Assembly: GCA_964016885.1 (NCBI GenBank)
Contig: OZ024751.1
Span: 2,356,001-2,420,000 of the forward strand
Reading direction: 5' to 3'
DNA: 64,000 nucleotides
Source: Eledone cirrhosa
Lineage: Eukaryota
The notes under the pieces are model-generated. The model did no database searches. It saw only the letters and a list, made by a program, of their open reading frames with translations, and was not told the DNA's origin. The translations under genes and the position numbers were made by a program. Shown one piece after another: positions 40,901 through 54,479 of the stretch (positions are counted from its first letter, which is position 1; each line of letters opens with the position of its first letter).

Positions 40901-43900
40901 ATTGTCATCCTGAACCTTCCTTGTTGAACTGTCATGTTGAACCTACTCTGTTGAACTGTAATACTGAACCTTCTCTGTTGAACTGTCATATTGAACCTTC
41001 TCTGTTTAACTGTCATATTGAACTTTCTCTGTTGAACTGTCATGCTGAACCTTCCCTGTTGTACAGTCATATTGAACCTTCTCTGTTGAACTGTCATGCT
41101 GAACCTTCCTGTTGAACTGTCATATTGAACCTTCTCTGTTGAACTGTTATGTTGGACCTTCTCTGTTTAACTGTCATATTGAACCTTCTCTGTTTAACTG
41201 TGATATTGAACCTTCTCTGTTGAACTGTCATGTTGAACCTTTCCTGTTGAACTGTCATGTTGAACCTTCTCTGTTTAACTGTCATATTGATCCTTCTCTG
41301 TTGAACTGTCATGCTGAACCTTCCTTGTTGAACTGTCACGTTGGACCTTCTCTGTTTAACTATCATATTGAACCTACTCTGTTTAACTATCATATTGAAC
41401 CTTCCCTGTTGTACAGTCATATTGAACCTTCTCTGTTTAACTGTCATGCTGAATCTTCCCTGTTTAACTGTCATATTGGACCTTCTCTGTTTAACTGTCA
41501 TATTGAACCTTCCCTGTTGAACTGTCATGTTGAACCTTCTCTGTTTAACTGTCATATTGAACTTTCTCTGTTGAACTGTCATGCTGAACCTTCCTTGTTG
41601 AACTGTCATGTTGGACCTTCTCTGTTTAACTATCATATTGAACCTTCTCTGTTTAACTATCATATTGAACTTTCTCTGTTGAACTGTCATGCTGAAGCCT
41701 CCCTGTTGAACTGTCATGTTGAACCTTCTCTGTTGGACTTTCATATTGAACCTTCTCTGTTGAACTGTCGTATTGAACTTTCTCTGTTGAACTGTCATGC
41801 TGAATCTTCCCTGTTTAACTGTCATGTTGGACCTTCTCTGTTTAACTGTCATGCTGAACTTTCTCTGTTGAACTGTCATGCTGAACCTTCCCTATTGTAC
41901 TGTCATGCTGAACCTTCCCTCTTTATCTGTCATGCTGAACATTCCCTGTTTAACTGTCATATTGAACTTTCTCTGTTGAATTGTCATGCTGAATCTTCCC
42001 TGTTTAACTGTCATGTTGGACCTTCTCTGTTGTACTGTCATAATGAACTTTCTCTTTTGAACTATCATGCTGAACGTTCTCTGTTGAACTGTCATGCTGA
42101 ACCTTCTCTGTTGAACTGTCATGTTGAACCTTCCCTGTTGAACTGTCATGTTGAACCTTCTCTGTTTAACTGTCATATTGAACTTTCTCTGTTGAACTGT
42201 CATGCTGAACCTTCCTTGTTGAATGGTCATGTTGGACCTTCTCTGATTAACTATCATATTGAACTTTCTCTGTTGAACTGTCATGCTGAAGCTTCCCTGT
42301 TGAACTGTCATGCTGAACCTTCCTTGTTGAATGGTCATGTTGGACCTTCTCTGATTAACTATCATATTGAACTTTCTCTGTTGAACTGTCATGCTGAAGC
42401 TTCCCTGTTGAACTGTCATGTTGAACCTTCTCTGTTGGACTTTCATATTGAACCTTCTCTGTTGAACTGTCGTATTGAACCTTCCCTGTTGAACAGTCAT
42501 GCTGAACCTTCCCTCTTTAACTATCATGCTGAACATTCCCTGTTTAACTGTCATATTGAACTTTCTCTGTTGAACTGTCATGCTGAATCTTCCCTGTTTA
42601 ACTGTCATATTGGACCTTCTCTGTTTAACTGTCATATTGAACCTTCCCTGTTGAACTGTCATGTTGAACCTTCTCTGTTTAACTGTCATATTGAACTTTC
42701 TCTGTTGAACTGTCATGCTGAACCTTCCTTGTTGAACTGTCATGTTGGACCTTCTCTGTTTAACTATCATATTGAACCTTCTCTGTTTAACTATCATATT
42801 GAACTTTCTCTGTTGAACTGTCATGCTGAAGCCTCCCTGTTGAACTGTCATGTTGAACCTTCTCTGTTGGACTTTCATATTGAACCTTCTCTGTTGAACT
42901 GTCGTATTGAACTTTCTCTGTTGAACTGTCATGCTGAATCTTCCCTGTTTAACTGTCATGTTGGACCTTCTCTGTTTAACTGTCATGCTGAACTTTCTCT
43001 GTTGAACTGTCATGCTGAACCTTCCCTATTGAACTGTCATGCTGAACCTTCCCTCTTTATCTGTCATGCTGAACATTCCCTGTTTAACTGTCATATTGAA
43101 CTTTCTCTGTTGAATTGTCATGCTGAATCTTCCCTGTTTAACTGTCATGTTGGACCTTCTCTGTTGTACTGTCATAATGAACTTTCTCTTTTGAACTATC
43201 ATGCTGAACGTTCTCTGTTGAACTGTCATGCTGAACCTTCTCTGTTGAACTGTCATGTTGAACCTTCCCTGTTGAACTGTCATGTTGAACCTTCTCTGTT
43301 TAACTGTCATATTGAACTTTCTCTGTTGAACTGTCATGCTGAACCTTCCTTGTTGAATGGTCATGTTGGACCTTCTCTGATTAACTATCATATTGAACTT
43401 TCTCTGTTGAACTGTCATGCTGAAGCTTCCCTGTTGAACTGTCATGTTGAACCTTCTCTGTTGGACTTTCATATTGAACCTTCTCTGTTGAACTGTCGTA
43501 TTGAACCTTCCCTGTTGAACTGTCATGTTGAACCTTCTCAGTTTATCTGTCATATTGAACTTTCTCTGTTGAATTGTCATCCTGAACCTTCCTTGTTGAA
43601 CTGTCATGTTGAACCTACTCTGTTGAACTGTAATACTGAACCTTCTCTGTTGAACTGTCATATTGAACCTTCTCTGTTTAACTGTCATATTGAACTTTCT
43701 CTGTTGAACTGTCATGCTGAACCTTCCCTGTTGTACAGTCATATTGAACCTTCTCTGTTGAACTGTCATGCTGAACCTTCCTGTTGAACTGTCATATTGA
43801 ACCTTCTCTGTTGAACTGTTATGTTGGACCTTCTCTGTTTAACTGTCATATTGAACCTTCTCTGTTTAACTGTGATATTGAACCTTCTCTGTTGAACTGT

Positions 43901-46900
43901 CATGTTGAACCTTTCCTGTTGAACTGTCATGTTGAACCTTCTCTGTTTAACTGTCATATTGATCCTTCTCTGTTGAACTGTCATGCTGAACCTTCCTTGT
44001 TGAACTGTCACGTTGGACCTTCTCTGTTTAACTATCATATTGAACCTACTCTGTTTAACTATCATATTGAACCTTCCCTGTTGTACAGTCATATTGAACC
44101 TTCTCTGTTTAACTGTCATGCTGAATCTTCCCTGTTTAACTGTCATATTGGACCTTCTCTGTTTAACTGTCATATTGAACCTTCCCTGTTGAACTGTCAT
44201 GTTGAACCTTCTCTGTTTAACTGTCATATTGAACTTTCTCTGTTGAACTGTCATGCTGAACCTTCCTTGTTGAACTGTCATGTTGGACCTTCTCTGTTTA
44301 ACTATCATATTGAACCTTCTCTGTTTAACTATCATATTGAACTTTCTCTGTTGAACTGTCATGCTGAAGCCTCCCTGTTGAACTGTCATGTTGAACCTTC
44401 TCTGTTGGACTTTCATATTGAACCTTCTCTGTTGAACTGTCGTATTGAACTTTCTCTGTTGAACTGTCATGCTGAATCTTCCCTGTTTAACTGTCATGTT
44501 GGACCTTCTCTGTTTAACTGTCATGCTGAACTTTCTCTGTTGAACTGTCATGCTGAACCTTCCCTATTGTACTGTCATGCTGAACCTTCCCTCTTTATCT
44601 GTCATGCTGAACATTCCCTGTTTAACTGTCATATTGAACTTTCTCTGTTGAATTGTCATGCTGAATCTTCCCTGTTTAACTGTCATGTTGGACCTTCTCT
44701 GTTGTACTGTCATAATGAACTTTCTCTTTTGAACTATCATGCTGAACGTTCTCTGTTGAACTGTCATGCTGAACCTTCTCTGTTGAACTGTCATGTTGAA
44801 CCTTCCCTGTTGAACTGTCATGTTGAACCTTCTCTGTTTAACTGTCATATTGAACTTTCTCTGTTGAACTGTCATGCTGAACCTTCCTTGTTGAATGGTC
44901 ATGTTGGACCTTCTCTGATTAACTATCATATTGAACTTTCTCTGTTGAACTGTCATGCTGAAGCTTCCCTGTTGAACTGTCATGTTGAACCTTCTCTGTT
45001 GGACTTTCATATTGAACCTTCTCTGTTGAACTGTCGTATTGAACCTTCCCTGTTGAACTGTCATGTTGAACCTTCTCAGTTTATCTGTCATATTGAACTT
45101 TCTCTGTTGAATTGTCATCCTGAACCTTCCTTGTTGAACTGTCATGTTGAACCTACTCTGTTGAACTGTAATACTGAACCTTCTCTGTTGAACTGTCATA
45201 TTGAACCTTCTCTGTTTAACTGTCATATTGAACTTTCTCTGTTGAACTGTCATGCTGAACCTTCCCTGTTGTACAGTCATATTGAACCTTCTCTGTTGAA
45301 CTGTCATGCTGAACCTTCCTGTTGAACTGTCATATTGAACCTTCTCTGTTGAACTGTTATGTTGGACCTTCTCTGTTTAACTGTCATATTGAACCTTCTC
45401 TGTTTAACGGTGATATTGAACCTTCTCTGTTGAACTGTCATGTTGAACCTTTCCTGTTGAACTGTCATGTTGAACCTTCTCTGTTTAACTGTCATATTGA
45501 TCCTTCTCTGTTGAACTGTCATGCTGAACCTTCCTTGTTGAACTGTCACGTTGGACCTTCTCTGTTTAACTATCATATTGAACCTACTCTGTTTAACTAT
45601 CATATTGAACCTTCCCTGTTGTACAGTCATATTGAACCTTCTCTGTTGAACTGTCATGCTGAATCTTCCCTGTTGAACTGTCATGCTGAACCTTCCCTGC
45701 TTAACTGTCATATTGAACTTTCTATGTTGAATTGTCATGTTGAACCTTCCCTGTTGAACTGTCATATTGAACCTTCTCTGCTGAACTGTCATGCTGAACC
45801 TTCCCTGTTGCAATATCATATTGAACCTTCTCTGTTGAACTGTCATGTTGGAACTTCTCTGTTTAACTGTCATATTGAACCTTCTCTGTTTAACTGCCAT
45901 ATTGAACCTTCTCTGTTGAACTGTCATGTTGAACCTTCCCTGTTGAACTGTCATGTTGGACCTTCTCTGTTGTACTATCATAATGAACTTTCTCTTTTGA
46001 ACTATCATGCTGAACGTTCTCTGTTGAACTGTCATCCTGAACCTTCTCTGTTGAACTGTCATGCTGAACCTTCCTTGTTGAGCTGTCATGTTGAACCTTC
46101 TCTGTTGAACTGTCATATTGAACCTTCTCTGTTGAACTGTCATATAGAACCTTCTCTGCTGAACTGTCATGCTGAACCTTCCCTGTTGAACTATCATATT
46201 GAACTTTCTCTGTTGAACTGTCATGTTGGACCTTCTCTGTTTAACTGTCATATTGAACCTTCTCTGTTTAACTGTCATATTGAACCCTCCCTGTTGAACT
46301 GTCATGTTGAACCTTCCCTGTTTAACTGTCATATTGAACTTTCTCTGTTGAACTGTCATGCTGAACCTTCCTTGTTGAACTGTCATGTTGGACCTTCTCT
46401 GTTTAACTATCATATTGAACCTTCTCTGTTTAACTATCATATTGAACTTTCTCTGTTGAACTGTCATGTTGAACCTTCTCTGTTGGACTTTCATATTGAA
46501 CCTTCTCTGTTGAACTGTCGTATTGAACATTCTCTGTTGAACTGTCATGCTGAATCTTCCCTGTTTAACTGTCATGTTGGACCTTCTCTGTTTAACTGTC
46601 ATGCTGAACTTTCTCTGTTGAACTGTCATGCTGAACCTTCCCTATTGAACCGTCATGCTGAACCTTCCCTCTTTAACTGTCATGCTGAACATTCCCTGTT
46701 TAACTGTCATATTGAACTTTCTCTGTTGAATTGTCATGCTGAATCTTCCCTGTTTAACTGTCATGTTGGACCTTCTCTGTTGAACTGTCATAATAAACTT
46801 TCTCTTTTGAACTATCATGCTGAACGTTCTCTGTTGAACTGTCATGTTGAACCTTCTCTGTTGGACTTTCATATTGAACCTTCTCTGTTGAACTGTCGTA

Positions 46901-48720
46901 TTGAACCTTCCCTGTTGAACTGTCATGTTGAACCTTCTCAGTTTATCTGTCATATTGAACTTTCTCTGTTGAATTGTCATCCTGAACCTTCCTTGTTGAA
47001 CTGTCATGTTGAACCTACTCTGTTGAACTGTAATACTGAACCTTCTCTGTTGAACTGTCATATTGAACCTTCTCTGTTTAACTGTCATATTGAACTTTCT
47101 CTGTTGAACTGTCATGCTGAACCTTCCCTGTTGTACAGTCATATTGAACCTTCTCTGTTGAACTGTCATGCTGAACCTTCCTGTTGAACTGTCATATTGA
47201 ACCTTCTCTGTTGAACTGTTATGTTGGACCTTCTCTGTTTAACTGTCATATTGAACCTTCTCTGTTTAACTGTGATATTGAACCTTCTCTGTTGAACTGT
47301 CATGTTGAACCTTTCCTGTTGAACTGTCATGTTGAACCTTCTCTGTTTAACTGTCATATTGAACCTTCTCTGTTGAACTGTCATGCTGAACCTTCCTTGT
47401 TGAACTGTCACGTTGGACCTTCTCTGTTTAACTATCATATTGAACCTACTCTGTTTAACTATCATATTGAACCTTCCCTGTTGAACAGTCATGCTGAACC
47501 TTCCCTCTTTAACTATCATGCTGAACATTCCCTGTTTAACTGTCATATTGAACTTTCTCTGTTGAACTGTCATGCTGAATCTTCCCTGTTTAACTGTCAT
47601 ATTGGACCTTCTCTGTTTAACTGTCATATTGAACCTTCTCTGTTTAACTGTCATATTGAACCTTCCCTGTTGAACTGTCATGTTGAACCGTCTCTGTTTA
47701 ACTGTCATATTGAACTTTCTCTGTTGAACTGTCATGCTGAACCTTCCTTGTTGAACTGTCATGTTGGACCTTCTCTGTTTAACTATCATATTGAACCTTC
47801 TCTGTTTAACTATCATATTGAACCTTCTCTGTTGAACTGTCGTATTGAACTTTCTCTGTTGAACTGTCATGCTGAATCTTCCCTGTTTAACTGTCATGTT
47901 GGACCTTCTCTGTTTAACTGTCATGCTGAACTTTTTCTGTTGAACTGTCATGCTGAACCTTCCCTATTGAACTGTCATGCTGAACCTTCCCTCTTTATCT
48001 GTCATGCTGAACATTCCCTGTTTAACTGTCATATTGAACTTTCTCTGTTGAATTGTCATGCTGAATCTTCCCTGTTTAACTGTCATGTTGGACCTTCTCT
48101 GTTGTACTGTCATAATGAACTTTCTCTTTTGAACTATCATGCTGAACGTTCTCTGTTGAACTGTCATGCTGAACCTTCTCTGTTGAACTGTCATGTTGAA
48201 CCTTCCCTGTTGAACTGTCATGTTGAACCTTCTCTGTTTAACTGTAATATTGAACTTTCTCTGTTGAACTGTCATGCTGAACCTTCCTTGATGAACGGTC
48301 ATGTTGGACCTTCTCTGATTAACTATCATATTGAACTTTCTCTGTTGAACTGTCATGCTGAAGCTTCCCTGTTGAACTGTCATGTTGAACCTTCTCTGTT
48401 GGACTTTCATATTGAACCTTCTCTGTTGAACTGTCGTATTGAACCTTCCCTGTTGAACTGTCATGTTGAACCTTCTCAGTTTATCTGTCATATTGAACTT
48501 TCTCTGTTGAATTGTCATCCTGAACCTTCCTTGTTGAACTGTCATGTTGAACCTACTCTGTTGAACTGTAATACTGAACCTTCTCTGTTGAACTGTCATA
48601 TTGAACCTTCTCTGTTTAACTGTCATATTGAACTTTCTCTGTTGAACTGTCATGCTGAACCTTCCCTGTTGTACAGTCATATTGAACCTTCTCTGTAGAA
48701 CTGTCATGCTGAACCTTCCT
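37980..48720 (+). repeat. Higher-order repeat array with a basic 1538-bp unit (57 monomers, one of them 26 bp); successive units about 1592, 1538, 2672, 1538, 1862 and 1538 bp
   Basis: Units are delimited by ttgtacagtcat...gctgaaccttcctgttg (a 1-bp deletion). ORFs restart at 37982, 39574, 41112, 43784, 45322 and 47184. ORFs 39574..41115 and 43784..45325 have the same 513-aa translation. Confidence 0.95.
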
Positions 48721-51700
48721 GTTGAACTGTCATATTGAACCTTCTCTGTTGAACTGTCATGCTTAAACTTCCCTGTTGAACTGTCATGTTGAACCTTCTC
48801 TGTTGAACTGTCATGCTGAACCTTCTCTGTTTAACTGTGATATTGAACCTTCTCTGTTGAACTGTCATGTTGAACCTTTCCTGTTGAACTGTCATGTTGA
48901 ACCTTCTCTGTTTAACTGTCATATTGAACCTTCTCTGTTGAACTGTCATGCTGAACCTTCCTTGTTGAACTGTCACGTTGGACCTTCTCCGTTTAACTAT
49001 CATATTGAACCTACTCTGTTTAACTATCATATTGAACTTTCTCTGTTGAACTGTCATGCTGAACCTTCCCTGTTGAACTGTCATGCTGTACCTTCCCTCT
49101 TTAACTATCATGCTGAACATTCCCTGTTTAACTGTCATATTGAACTTTCTCTGTTGAACTGTCATGCTGAATCTTCCCTGTTTAACTGTCATGTTGGACC
49201 TTCTCTGTTGAACTGTCATAATGAACTTTCTCTTTTGAACTATCATGCTGAACGTTCTCTGTTGAACTGTCATGCTGAACCTTCTCTGTTGAACTGTCAT
49301 GCTGAACCTTCCTTGTTGAGCTGTCATGTTGAACCTTCTCTGTTGAACTGTCATATTGAACCTTCTCTGTTGAACTCTCATGTTGGACCTTCTCTGTTGA
49401 ACTGTCATATTGAACTTTCTCTGTTGAACTGTCATGTTGAACCTTTCCTGTTGAACTGTCATCTTGAACCTTCTCTGTTTAACTGTGATATTGAACCTTC
49501 TCTGTTGAACTGTCATGTTGAACCTTTCCTGTTGAACTGTCATATTGAACCTTCTCTGTTTAACTGTCATATTGAACTTTCTCTGTTGAACTGTCATGCT
49601 GAACCTTCCTTGTTGAACTGTCATGTTAGACCTTCTCTGATTAACTATCATATTGAACCTTCTCTGTTTAACTATCATATTGAACTTTCTCTGTTGAACT
49701 GTCATGCTGAAGCTTCCCTGTTGAACTGTGATGTTGAACCTTCTCTGTTGGACTTTCATATTGAACCTTCTCTGTTGAACTGTCGTATTGAACCTTCCCT
49801 GTTGAACTGTCATGTTGAACCTTCTCTGTTTATCTGTCATATTGAACTTTCTCTGTTGAATTGTCATCCTGAACATTCCTTGTTGAACTGTCATGTTGAA
49901 CCTACTCTGTTGAACTGTCATATTGAACCTTCTCTGTTGAACTGTCATATTGAACCTTCTCTGTTTAACTGTCATATTGAACTTTCTCTGTTGAACTGTC
50001 ATGCTGAACTTTCCTGTTGTACAGTCATATTGAACCTTCTCTGTTGAACTGTCATGCTGAACCTTCCTGTTGAACTGTCATATTCAACCTCCCCTATTTA
50101 ACTATCATATTGAACCTTCTCTGTTGAACTGTCATGTTGGACGTTCTCTGTTTAACTGTCATATTGAACCTTCTCTGTTTAACTGTGATATGGAACCTTC
50201 TCTGTTGAACTGTCGTATTGAACCTTCCCTGTTGAACTGTCATGCTGAACCTTCTCTGTTTAACTGTCATGCTGAACCTTCTCTGTTGAACTGTGGTGCT
50301 GAACATTCCCTGTTTAACTGTCATATTGAACTTTCTCTGTTAAACTGTCATGCTGAATCTTCCCTGTTTAACTGTCATGTTGGACCTTCTCTGTTGAACT
50401 GTCATATTGAACTTTCTCTGTTGAACTGTCATGCTGAACGTTCTCTGTTGAACTGTCATGCTGAACCTTCTCTGTTGAACTGTCATGCTGAAAATTCCTT
50501 GTTGAGCTGTCATGTTGTACCTTCTCTGTTGAACTGTCATGCTGAACCTTCCCTGTAGAACTGTCATGTTGGACCTTCTCTGTTGAACTGTCATATTGAA
50601 CTTTCTCTGTTGAACTGTCATGCTGAATCTTCCCTGTTGAACTCTCATATTGAACCTTCCCTGTTGAACTGTCATGTTGAACCTTCTCTGTTTAACTGTC
50701 ATATTGAACTTTCTCTGTAGAACTGTCATGCTGAACCCTCCTTGTTGAACTGTCATGTTGAACCTTCTCTGTTTAACTGTCATGCTGAACTTTCTCTGTT
50801 GAACTGTCATGCTGAACCTTCCCTGTTGAACTGTCATGCTGAACCTTCCCTCTTTAACTATCATGCTGAACATTCCCTGTTTAACTGTCATATTGAACTT
50901 TCTCTGTTGAACTGTCATGCTGAATCTTCCCTGTTTAACTGTCATGTTGGACCTTCTCTGTTGAACTGTCATAATGAACTTTCTCTTTTGAACTGTCATG
51001 CTGAACGTTCTCTGTTGAACTGTCATGCTGAACCTTCCCTGTTGAACTGTCATGCTGAACCTTCCTTGTTGAGCTGTCATGTTGAACCTTCTCTGTTGAA
51101 CTGTCATATTGAACCTTCTCTGTTGAACTGTCATGTTGGACCTTCTCTGTTGAACTGTCATATTGAACTTTCTCTGTTGAACTGTCATGCTGAATCTTCC
51201 CTGTTGAACTGTCATGCTGAACCTTCCCTGTTTAACTGTCATATTGAACTTTCTATGTTGAATTGTCATGCTGAACCTTCCCTGTTGAACTGTCATGTTG
51301 AACCTTCTCTGCTGAACTGTCATGCTGAACCTTCCCTGTTGAACTGTCATGCTGAACCTTCCTTGTTGAGCTGTCATGCTGAACCTTCCCTGTTTAACTG
51401 TCATATTGAACTTTCTATGTTGAATTGTCATGCTGAACCTTCCCTGTTGAACTGTCATATTGAACCTTCTCTGCTGAATTGTCATGCTGAACCTTCCCTG
51501 TTGAACTATCATATTGAACCTTCTCTGTTGAACTGTCATGTTGGACCTTCTCTGTTTAACTGTCATATTGAACCTTCTCTGTTTAACTGTCATATTGAAC
51601 CTTCTCTGTTGAACTGTCATGTTGAACCTTCCCTGTTGAACTGTCATGTTGAACCTTCTCTGTTTAACTGTCATATTGAACTTTCTCTGTTGAACTGTCA

Positions 51701-54479
51701 TGCTGAACCTTCCTTGTTGAACGGTCATGTTGGACCTTCTCTGATTAACTATCATATTGAACCTTCTCTGTTTAACTATCATATTGAACTTTCTCTGTTG
51801 AACTGTCATGCTGAAGCTTCCCTGTTGAACTGTCATGTTGAACCTTCTCCGTTGGACTTTCATATTGAACCTTCTCTGTTGAACTGTCGTATTGAACCTT
51901 CCCTGTTGAACTGTCATGTTGAACCTTCTCAGTTTATCTGTCATATTGAACTTTCTCTGTTGAATTGTCATCCTGAACCTTCCTTGTTGAACTGTCATGT
52001 TGAACCTACTCTGTTGAACTGTAATACTGAACCTTCTCTGTTGAACTGTCATATTGAACCTTCTCTGTTTAACTGTCATATTGAACTTTCCCTGTTGAAC
52101 TGTCATGCTGAACCTTCCCTGTTGTACAGTGATATTGAACCTTCTCTGTTGAACTGTCATGCTGAACCTTCCTGTTGAACTGTCATATTGAACCTTCTCT
52201 GCTGAATTGTCATGCTGAACCTTCCCTGTTGAACTATCATATTGAACCTTCTCTGTTGAACTGTTATGTTGGACCTTCTCTGTTTAACTGTCATATTGAA
52301 CCTTCTCTGTTTAACTGTGATATTGAACCTTCTCTGTTGAACTGTCATGTTGAACCTTTCCTGTTGAACTGTCATGTTGAACCTTCTCTGTTTAACTGTC
52401 ATATTGAAACTTCTCTGTTGAACTGTCATGCTGAACCTTCCTTGTTGAACTGTCACGTTGGACCTTCTCTGTTTAACTATCATATTGAACCTACTCTGTT
52501 TAACTATCATATTGAACTTTCTCTGTTGAACTGTCATGCTGAACCTTCCCTGTTTAACTGTCATGCTGAACCTTCTCTGTTGAACTGTCATGCTGAACAT
52601 TCCCTGTTTAACTGTCATATTGAACCTTCTCTGTTGAACTGTCATGCTGAATCTTCCCTGTTTAACTGTCATGTTGGACCTTCCCTGTTGAACTGTCATA
52701 TTGAACTTCCTCTGTTGAACTGTCATGCTGAACGTTCTCTGTTGAACTGTCATGCTGAACCTTCTCTGTTGAACTGTCATGCTGAACCTTCCTTGTTGAG
52801 CTGTCATGTTGTACCTTCTCTGTTGAACTATCATGTTGAACCTTCTCTGTTGAACTGTCATGTTGGACCTTCCCTGTTGAACTGTCATATTGAACTTTCT
52901 CTGTTGAACTGTCATGCTGAATCTTCCCTGTTGAACTCTCATATTGAACCTTCCCTGTTGAACTGTCATGTTGAACCTTCTCTGTTTAACTGTCATATTG
53001 AACTTTCTCTGTAGAACTGTCATGCTGTACCTTCCTTGTTGAACTGTCATGTTGAACCTTCTCTGTTTAACTGTCATGCTGAACTTTCTCTGTTGAACTG
53101 TCATGCTGAACCTTCCCTGTTGAACTGTCATGCTGAACCTTCCCTCTTTAACTGTCATGCTGAACATTGCCTGTTTAACTGTCATATTGAACTTTCTCTG
53201 TTGAACTGTCATGCTGAATCTTCCCTGTTTAACTGTCATGTTGGACCTTCTCTGTTTAACTGTCATATTGAACTTTCTCTTTTGAACTATCATGCTGAAC
53301 GTTCTCTGTTGAACTGTCATGCTGAACCTTCGCTGTTGAGCTGTCATGCTGAACCTTCCTTGTTGAGCTGTCATGTTGAGCCTTCTCTGTTGAACTGTCA
53401 TATTGAACCTTCTCTGTTGAACTGTCATGTTGGACCTTCTCTGTTGAACTGTCATATTGAACTTTCTCTGTTGAACTGTCATGCTGAATCTTCCCTGTTG
53501 AACTGTCATGCTGAACCTTCCCTGTTTAACTGTCATATTGAAATTTCTCTGTTGAACTGTCATGCTGAACCTTCCCTGTAGAACTGTCATGTTGGACCTT
53601 CTCTGTTGAACTGTCATATTGAACTTTCTCTGTTGAACTGTCATGCTGAATCTTCCCTGTTGAACTCTCATATTGAACCTTCCCTGTTGAACTGTCATGT
53701 TGAACCTTCTCTGTTTAACTGTCATATTGAACTTTCTCTGTAGAACTGTCATGCTTAACCTTCCTTGTTGAACTGTCATGTTGAACCTTCTCTGTTTAAC
53801 TGTCATGCTGAACTTTCTCTGTTGAACTGTCATGCTGAACCTTCCCTGTTGAACTGTCATGCTGAACCTTCCCTCTTTAACTATCATGCTGAACATGCCC
53901 TGTTTAACTGTCATATTGAACTTTCTCTGTTGAACTGTCATGCTGAATCTTCCCTGTTTAACTGTCATGTTTGACCTTCTCTGTTGAACTGTCATATTGA
54001 ACTTTCTCTTTTGAACTATCATGCTGAACGTTCTCTGTTGAACTGTCATGCTGAACCTTCCTTGTTGAGCTGTCTTGTTGAACCTTCTCTGTTGAACTGA
54101 CATAATGAACCTTCTCTGTTGAACTGTCATGTTGGACCTTCTCTGTTGAACTGTCATATTGAACTTTCTCTGTTGAACTGTCATGCTGAACCTTCCGTTT
54201 AACTGTCATATTGAACCTTCTCTGCTGAACTGTCATGCTGAACCTTTCCTGTTGAACTATCATATTGAACCTTCTCTGTTGAACTGTCATGTTGGACCTT
54301 CTCTGTTTAACTGTCATATTGAACCTTCTCTGTTTAACTGTCATATTGAACTTTCTCTGTTGAACTGTCATATTGAACCTTCCTTGTTGAACTGTCATGT
54401 TGGACCTTCTCTGATTAACTATCATATTGAACCTTCTCTGTTGAACTGTCATGCTGAACCTTCCTTGTTGAATTGTCAT

